The translations under genes were made by a program, and so were the position numbers. From an uncultured Verrucomicrobiae bacterium (GTDB taxonomy: Bacteria; Verrucomicrobiota; Verrucomicrobiia; Limisphaerales; JAFGQR01): a stretch of DNA of 64,000 nt. Below are positions 58,068 to 64,000 of this stretch, piece by piece (positions within the stretch are counted from its first letter, which is position 1; each line of letters opens with the position of its first letter). The notes beneath the pieces are model-generated. The model saw only the letters and a program-made list of their open reading frames with translations, was not told the origin of the DNA and did not search any database. The stretch covers positions 13,431-77,430 of the forward strand of contig CAWBHS010000074.1 of NCBI GenBank assembly GCA_963788655.1. Direction: 5' to 3'.

Positions 58068-58144
58068 TTGGAGTGCGGCAGCCCTCTGCCGCTTTCGAAC
58101 CGCTGCCGACCATCCAAAGCGGCAGGGGGCTGCCGCACTCCAAA
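58068..58144. repeat. REP-like family B inverted pair
   Basis: TTGGAGTGCGGCAGCCC..GCCGCTTT ... AAAGCGGCAGGGGGCTGCCGCACTCCAA. Confidence 0.8.
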
Positions 58145-58215
58145 ACCTGGCGGTCCTTCTCGTTCCAATGGGATGTCGGCGGAGCTTCGACACTTTTCCC
58201 ACGGGGGGCGTATTT

Positions 58216-59532
58216 TCAATTCCCCGCCAGGTTCCGGTAGAGCCGGGCCAATCGTTGAGGGCGGACGCCGCAGTGATAGCCAATAACCATCAGTTTGTTG
58301 ATGAGCGTCGTCCGAATGAATCCCAATTGGCGCCAGCGCCGGCCCGAAGTGATGGCGGCTTGGGCCACTGTCACAATCCGTCCGCGGCGCCGCAGCCGGA
58401 CCGCAAACTCGTAGTCTTCCATGATAGGCAGGTTCGCGAATCCACCCAGTTCTTCAAACAATGAACGCCGGAGAAAGAGGGCCTGGTCACCGTAGGGCTT
58501 TTGGAACCAGTGCCACCGCAGGTGGGTAGTCCATTCCACGAGACTTCTACCGGCGAAGTCTTCGGCGATGCGGAAGCGAAATGCCCCCGCGGCAACTCTT
58601 GGGCATGCCAGAGTCTCGGAAACGCATTGCGTCCAACTCGCGGGCAGGAGCGTGTCGGCGTGGAGGAACAACAGGACATTTCCCGCTGCGCTAGCCGCGC
58701 CGGCGTTCATCTGACGAGCTCGACCCGGTGACGAAGACAGGACCATCGCACCGGCCTCACGGGCGAATTTCGCTGTGTTATCGGTGCTGCCGCCGTCCAC
58801 GACGATGATTTCGAAAGGTTCCCCCTTCCGGACCGATTGGAGCGTGGCCGCAACCTGTTGTTCCTCGTTCAGGGCCGGAATGATGACGGAAACCCGGTTC
58901 AATTGCGAGTCTTCGGCTGCTGCCAGCCGTTGCCACGCGGGCAAGTCTTCCGGGCGATCAAGGTCATCGAGCCGGTCCAGCAGGACCGGTTTGACGCTGG
59001 CCTGATCGAGATGGTGCAATGATTCGGCCAGAACAGTATCAGTTCCCCACGCTAAGCCGCGAAACAGTTCAGGGATATTTCGAGTCAGCCCGATCAAGTA
59101 GTAGCCGCCGTCGGTCGCCGGTCCCAGAGCAGCCGGGGCTCGCGACAGCGCCTGGAAGGCGGCGGCAATCAGGTCTGGCGTCAAGCTCGGGCAATCACTA
59201 CCGATGATGACCGTCGCGGCGGACCCTTCCCGGAGACTATCCTCGAATGCTTCGGCCATTCGCTCTCCCAAATCTCCCGCACACTGCGGGCGACAAAGCC
59301 AGCCCTCTCCGAGCCAGTGACGGATCGCGTCCTCGCTTCCGCCGTCGAAGCGGATCTCCAACTCGGCTCCGACCTCCCGGCACGCCGTCTGCGCCAGGCG
59401 CAAGGTGCGCAAGACCAGCCGGCGATGCAGGGCCGCCGCGCCCACGGCGCCCAGCGCGGGAATTAGGCGCGTCTTCACCCGCCCGACTACAGGATAACGG
59501 GCGAACAGGATAAGCCGTTGTTTGCCGCTCAC
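58216..59532 (-). CDS. Fused TIGR04282/TIGR04283 glycosyltransferase, copy 2
   Basis: Near-identical to 21402-22718 at offset 36814. Confidence 0.9.
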   Translation of the reverse strand: MSGKQRLILFARYPVVGRVKTRLIPALGAVGAAALHRRLVLRTLRLAQTACREVGAELEIRFDGGSEDAIRHWLGEGWLCRPQCAGDLGERMAEAFEDSLREGSAATVIIGSDCPSLTPDLIAAAFQALSRAPAALGPATDGGYYLIGLTRNIPELFRGLAWGTDTVLAESLHHLDQASVKPVLLDRLDDLDRPEDLPAWQRLAAAEDSQLNRVSVIIPALNEEQQVAATLQSVRKGEPFEIIVVDGGSTDNTAKFAREAGAMVLSSSPGRARQMNAGAASAAGNVLLFLHADTLLPASWTQCVSETLACPRVAAGAFRFRIAEDFAGRSLVEWTTHLRWHWFQKPYGDQALFLRRSLFEELGGFANLPIMEDYEFAVRLRRRGRIVTVAQAAITSGRRWRQLGFIRTTLINKLMVIGYHCGVRPQRLARLYRNLAGN

Positions 59533-59552
59533 TCCGCGCGAAGCTAAGGCGC

Positions 59553-59745
59553 TCAACGCTGCCAGGCAAGCCAGCGTCCCATCAGGCGCTTGACGAAGGG
59601 TGTCAGCCGGGTGCGGGTATAGAGGTCGCCCGTCTTGCGCAGAGCCTCCGCCTGTGTGGGGTACGGATGGATCGTGCTCGCGAGGGTCTTGAGGCCCAGC
59701 TTGGCTTTCATCGCCAGGTTGAACTCACTGATTAGCTCGCCCGCA
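59553..59745 (-). pseudogene. C-terminal remnant of a mercuric-reductase/dihydrolipoamide-dehydrogenase-like flavoprotein
   Basis: AGELISE...IHPYPTQAEA dimerisation-domain motif; the rest of the gene is missing. Confidence 0.75.
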
Positions 59746-60034
59746 AGACAATCGTCCCGATCGCCACCGCTCCCAGCAGGATTTTCAGCCAGTGGGACGC
59801 CCACCACGGTGCGGCGCCTTCCGTCGGCGGCGACGTGGAAGATGGCAAATGTTCTGGCATGGATAGAGTGTTCACTGACCGGCAGATTTGATGTCATTCA
59901 ACGACGAGCCTCAGACCAGAGTTGACACGAATTCCGCGAATATTTCCGAATTCGTGTTAATTCGTGCGATTCGTGTCTTCCGAAAATTGGAACTGTCCAC
60001 ATCATGTTTTGGGATTCAAGGAGGCTTGATCAAC

Positions 60035-61018
60035 CTATCTGGCGGCGGTGCTTTTCGCGTCCGCAGTCTCCACCATCGCCCCGGTGCAACTGCTGCCGCA
60101 GCCGGCGGTGCAGGCCAGGCAATGAATGCCGGTTTGGATCGGCCCAATCATCCAGGTACTCGCGGGGTCACGTCCCAGAGGAACAGCGGTTTGCCGTTGC
60201 GCATCTGCATGTTCAGCATCTGGTTGAAATCGCAATCATAGACCTCGCCCAGCCAGCCGACGCTGATGGTGCTGCGGCACATCAGGCCCTCGACCGTCGC
60301 CGGATTGAAACTGTTGGCGAGCAATTCGAGATAGGCATCCCACTGGCCGTGCTGGCGCAGGTCTTCGGCAAAGCGGGCGATGGGTTGGTTGGTGATCGTG
60401 AACAGCTGGTTGAACACGATGCCGAACTCGCGGCCGCAGCGCCTCCTTGTAGTCCGCCTCCAATTCCGCCTGCGGGCCGGGCAGCTTCGGCGCCAAGCGG
60501 ATTGTAAACCAGGTTCAGTGGCAGCCTCGTGCCGTAGCCGACCGCGTTCAGATTTTTGCAGCGCGGAAATGCTTTTCTCGAACACGCCGTCGCCGCGCTG
60601 GGCGTTCACATTTTCCGCCGAATAACACGGCAGCGAGGCGACGACTTCCACTTCGTGTCGCGGCCAGATATTCCGGCAGCCAGGCAAACGCGTGGCGTCT
60701 CGATGATGGTGAGATTGTTCCGGTCAATGACGTGGCAACCGGCCGCCCGCGCCGTCTCGACGAAGTAACCGGAAATGCTCGCTCAACTCCGGCGCGCCGC
60801 CGGTGATGTCCACGACGGGCGGACGATGTCGCGAATCCATTCGCCGACGCGCCGCGCGACCGCTTCCGGCATCATTTCCGTGCGCCACGGCGCGGCGTCC
60901 ACGTGGCAATGGCGGCAGGTTTGGTTGCACTTGCGGCCGACATTGATCTGAAGCGTTTGCAGGCGGTCCCGACGCAGGGACAAGCGGTTTCGGCCAGCTT
61001 GGCTTCAAATCGGTTCAT
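60035..61018 (-). CDS. arsS: Arsenosugar-biosynthesis radical SAM protein ArsS (TIGR04167-like; multiple frameshifts)
   Basis: LQINVGRKCNQTCRHCH, DITGGAPE, ASLPCY, GLMCR..YDCDFNQ, HCLACTAGCGSSC. Confidence 0.85.
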
Positions 61019-61183
61019 TGGTTTCTTCTCAAGGGGCATCGTGATCACGATTAGCCGTCGGAGTCACGAGGCCACCGTAGCGGCTCCCGGTATTGAATTC
61101 AACTAACCAGCACGCGGTAAATGTGACGCTGAGGCGACGCCTTGGCACAACGAGTCAAGAGCGGAAAGCAAATGGTGATGTTT

Positions 61184-61219
61184 ATGTACGTCTACCTTTG
61201 ACTTTGATCTCGTATTGCT
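61184..61219 (+). other. Degraded Oxford Nanopore ligation-adapter-like sequence (artefact)
   Basis: ATGTAC...CGTATTGCT matches both ends of adapter ATGTACTTCGTTCAGTTACGTATTGCT; a gene fragment starts immediately after it. Confidence 0.65.
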
Positions 61220-61221
61220 CC

Positions 61222-61305
61222 CTCATCGACGGCAACAAGCTGACGGTCGATTTCGACAAGGCCGGGCAGAAAAGGGTGCTGGAGAGTTTAGTGCAGGGGG
61301 TGTGA
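61222..61305 (+). CDS. 3' end of an alphaproteobacterial-type UvrD/PcrA helicase (truncated at the junction)
   Basis: IDGNKLTVDFDKAGQKRVLES matches the C-terminal Tudor-like domain. Confidence 0.65.
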   Translation, partial: LIDGNKLTVDFDKAGQKRVLESLVQGV

Positions 61306-61327
61306 GAGTTACACTCGCCTTTGCCGG

Positions 61328-62758
61328 TCAAGCCTTCCAGCGTTTTTTACCAATGATGGGATTCGTCCCTGCACACTTGAGCACCGAGGGCAATGGAATG
61401 CCACTCCATTCGGGGACGAACGTCTGATAGGTATATATTTCCTCTGGATTATCTGAAGCTGATCGCCCGCCAAGCTCAGAAAGCGAAACTTGCGTGTTTG
61501 GCAGCAAGATTATCGAAGACATTATGAGCTGAAAATTCTCTTTTTTCTCCCGTTGCGGTCGTGCCATTGACCTTTCAGCTTCCAATTGGAAGTGTAGCGC
61601 TTTGCAGCGGCCAACTGGCATCCCCGTCCATATGAAAAGAAGTCAAGACCGGTAACAGAAGCAGTAGCTCCAGCCTCGCCCAATTGGACGGCAAGTCGAT
61701 AACGAACTGGGCCAACTCGGATACGCGCTTGATGTCTCGCGGGCTCAAAGAATTGAGAGAAAAGAACGATTCGAAAAATCAACAATGCCAATCTCAGGAT
61801 AGCCGGAATCTTTCTTCTGTCGGGTTTCGCCATATCATATTGATAAACGCCTTAGGTTGGGCGCTTCAAACACATAGGTTCCGTCGAAAAAGCGCTTGAG
61901 ATAGCGACGCCCGTAAAGTCGCCACCATAGACGCCGCGTACCGCATGCTGGAGCTGAGATGTGTCCGTCGCGACGACAAAAAACTACGTTGTCCGTGGCA
62001 AAGAGATGTTCGATCCGCTTCCAGGAGGCTGACAGCGTATGTGGGTCGGCATCTGTCAATTCATCAACCAGCACAAACAGCGGCATGCGCCGTGAGCCTT
62101 TTCCCGAGATTGCAGAGATGGTCAGCGAAATCGACTCCCGGAATTTGACGATAGATCCGACTCCAATTCGAACCGCTTGATCAGAGTCTCCGTATATTTA
62201 TCAGCAATCTTGTCGAATTCGGAGGCAGTAAACTCACTTGCAGAGCGGGAAATAGATTCTTGCTCACTATCCGATTTCCAACTACTTTCCTCAATTATCT
62301 GATCCAGTGAAGCCCCGATGTATTTGTGTGCTGCTCTTTTGACAATGCCCTTCGTCATCCCAAGATGCAATTGCTCCTGCATTTTGCCTTACACCTTGAA
62401 AGCGCCTCCGAAATTCCCTCTTTCCGAGATACGGTTTGAAGGCTTGTTGATTTGCAAAATAGACGGTAAGTGGATCATCCGCATGGTCGTCTTTCCAAGC
62501 GTTCCATAGGCGGCCAAATATCCATCCTGCTCCAACTGCAATTTTAGCCGCTCCTAAGAAAGAATGTCTTCCCTCGTCCCCACTCGGCGTGGCGAGAATT
62601 CAGAACGTAGCTGCCAGTTTCCCCGTTTTGCTTGCGTTGTCGAGTGCGCTCAGACAAGAAATTGATCAGAAACTTGGCATAGGCTTCTATCAAAAAGAAT
62701 ATTCGCATCCCAAATGTTGTCACGCTGCGCCGTTGGGTTCATCTTCTGATCGTTCCAT
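61328..62758 (-). pseudogene. KAP-family P-loop NTPase, heavily frameshifted
   Basis: Manual translation: EWGRGKTFFL (Walker A), NAWKDD..DDPL, PLFVLVDEL(D)RCRPTYAVSLLE, HLF, VVATDTSQL, YLKRFFD. Confidence 0.8.
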
Positions 62759-62816
62759 TGATTCGCTGACAATCAATAATAGAGAAATTCGTCAGATGCG
62801 AGAAATCCACTAGGCC

Positions 62817-62882
62817 AACGGAATGGATCCTCGGGTTGATCCCCGGGTAAGCCCGGGGATGAACCCGAGGATCCATTCCGTT
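62817..62882. repeat. Nested near-perfect palindrome (CGTC-type REP derivative)
   Basis: AACGGAATGGATCCTCGGGTT-G-ATCCCCGGG-TAAG-CCCGGGGAT-G-AACCCGAGGATCCATTCCGTT. Confidence 0.85.
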
Positions 62883-62955
62883 CCCCTCTCAGCCTCGCCG
62901 AGGGTCCAGAACGCACTCCAACAAAACGCTCCCTACATAGAAAGCCTCCGCACAC

Positions 62956-63243
62956 CTACCACCCGATCCCCCGATAAAGCTCGTGCCAGCCGGGATTGAT
63001 GCCTTCGATCAGCGACACCTTCCACGCCCGGTTCCAGCGTTTCAGGGACTTCTCGCGCTGGATGGCGTCGCGGATGTCGTCGTGCTCCTCGTACCAGACG
63101 AGCCGTGTGCAGGCGTATTTCGAGGTGAAGCCGGGCGTGATCCCGTTCTTGTGCTCCCACACGCGATGCGACAGGTCGTTCGTCACGCCGATATAGAGCG
63201 TCCCGCCCTTCCTGTTCGCCATGATGTAGACATAGCCGCCCAT
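62956..63243 (-). CDS. GIY-YIG nuclease (UPF0213-like)
   Basis: YVYIMA..GTLYIGVT..R..EH, FT.KY...LVWYE, AIQREK.LKRWNRAWK. Confidence 0.93.
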   Translation of the reverse strand: MGGYVYIMANRKGGTLYIGVTNDLSHRVWEHKNGITPGFTSKYACTRLVWYEEHDDIRDAIQREKSLKRWNRAWKVSLIEGINPGWHELYRGIGW

Positions 63244-63325
63244 GCACGCCACGGTTGCCTGAATGTCGCGGCAGGTCAAGCGGCTTGGGCGCTTGTTCCC
63301 GGACGGGGCGGCGGTGGCGAGGTTT

Positions 63326-63512
63326 ACGGAATGGATCCTCGGGTCAGGCCCGAGGATGACGCCGGGAGGGAGGGTGACGCTAATCGCCAAGGTTGGCGCG
63401 GGCCTCAAGGTCGCATGATCGCCAAGGTCCATGCGAGCGGCAACGTTCGCCATTAGCGGCCGACATCAAACAAGGCCGTCATCCTCGGGCTTGACCCGAG
63501 GATCTATTCCGT
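63326..63512. repeat. Inverted pair of CGTC-type REPs
   Basis: ACGGAATGGATCCTCGGGTCAGGCCCGAGGATGACG and CGTCATCCTCGGGCTTGACCCGAGGATCTATTCCGT. Confidence 0.85.
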
Positions 63513-63550
63513 CAACGCCGCAGGAAAGGGCGCGACTCGCCCGCCGCTCC

Positions 63551-63660
63551 TCCTTCGACAAGCTCAGGATGAGGGCTCCTGAGATGTCGGCGTCGGCTCA
63601 CGGGCGGTGAGGACCAGCACCACCCTCATGGTGAGCCCCGAGCTTGCCGAAGGGGCGAAC
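63551..63660. repeat. Second REP-like inverted pair
   Basis: TCCTTCGACAAGCTCAGGATGAGGG ... CCCTCATGGTGAGC..GAGCTTGCCGAAGG. Confidence 0.75.
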
Positions 63661-63737
63661 CTCGAGGGTGGCTCCAGCAACGCAAAAACACGCGCACTTA
63701 TCCAACACCCCCAAACCTCCCTTATCCTCCCCCCCAG

Positions 63738-63988
63738 TCGCCTCTCGATGAAGGGACCGGATGTCGACACCGGAGCATCGGGAGAGGCGGCCGGCGTTCC
63801 CCTCTTCGCGGATTCCGGTTCGCGGGGACCAGTGGAGCCGCTTCGCCGAATGTCGCCGGGCACCTCACAAGGTCCCGGAGGCTGAAAAATGCCGAAGACG
63901 CGAAGCGAAAAAGTGCCGGCGGGGCGCGTGGATCGCGCCACCATTAGAATTGAAAGGCACGGTCCACGCGCCCCGCTCCCTTTCTTTG
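63738..63988 (+). ncRNA. Candidate structured non-coding RNA of unknown class
   Basis: Multiple nested stems, a terminal 14-bp stem followed by a pyrimidine/T tract, and an upstream TATCCT -10-like box. Confidence 0.4.
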
Positions 63989-64000
63989 ACAATGGCCAGA

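Noticed and set aside
60035..62758. Functional linkage between the arsS cluster and the KAP NTPase / GIY-YIG genes
   Set aside because: They are separated by a probable adapter-marked chimeric junction

Overview
High-GC bacterial DNA. Gene content and repeat style suggest Verrucomicrobiota (Pedosphaera/Limisphaerales-like); this is an inference. It carries housekeeping and nutrient genes (apbE, rhomboid, beta-CASP RNase, glnB-amtB-glnA with a sigma54-type promoter, feoA-feoA-feoB, SMUG1-type UDG, fumC, glnS) and many secreted enzymes (two sulfatases, a putative GH with LamG, a purple-acid phosphatase, a cyclophilin, two CotH kinases, a C1 peptidase). An arsenosugar-type TIGR04282/04283 glycosyltransferase fusion occurs twice, 36.8 kb apart; one copy lies next to arsS. 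At least seven families of REP-like palindromes are present, several beside or inside decayed gene fragments, plus a probable orphan integron cassette. Many genes carry indels that look like long-read errors. At ~61184-61219 there is a degraded Nanopore adapter-like sequence. After it the DNA looks alphaproteobacterial (uvrD 3' end, frameshifted KAP NTPase, REP-flanked GIY-YIG nuclease, a ~240-nt highly structured candidate ncRNA), so the last ~2.8 kb is probably chimeric. Best leads: a shared C-terminal 'FYRL' domain on secreted proteins (possible sorting signal), the structured RNA with its GIY-YIG/REP neighbour, and palindromes translated inside proteins.
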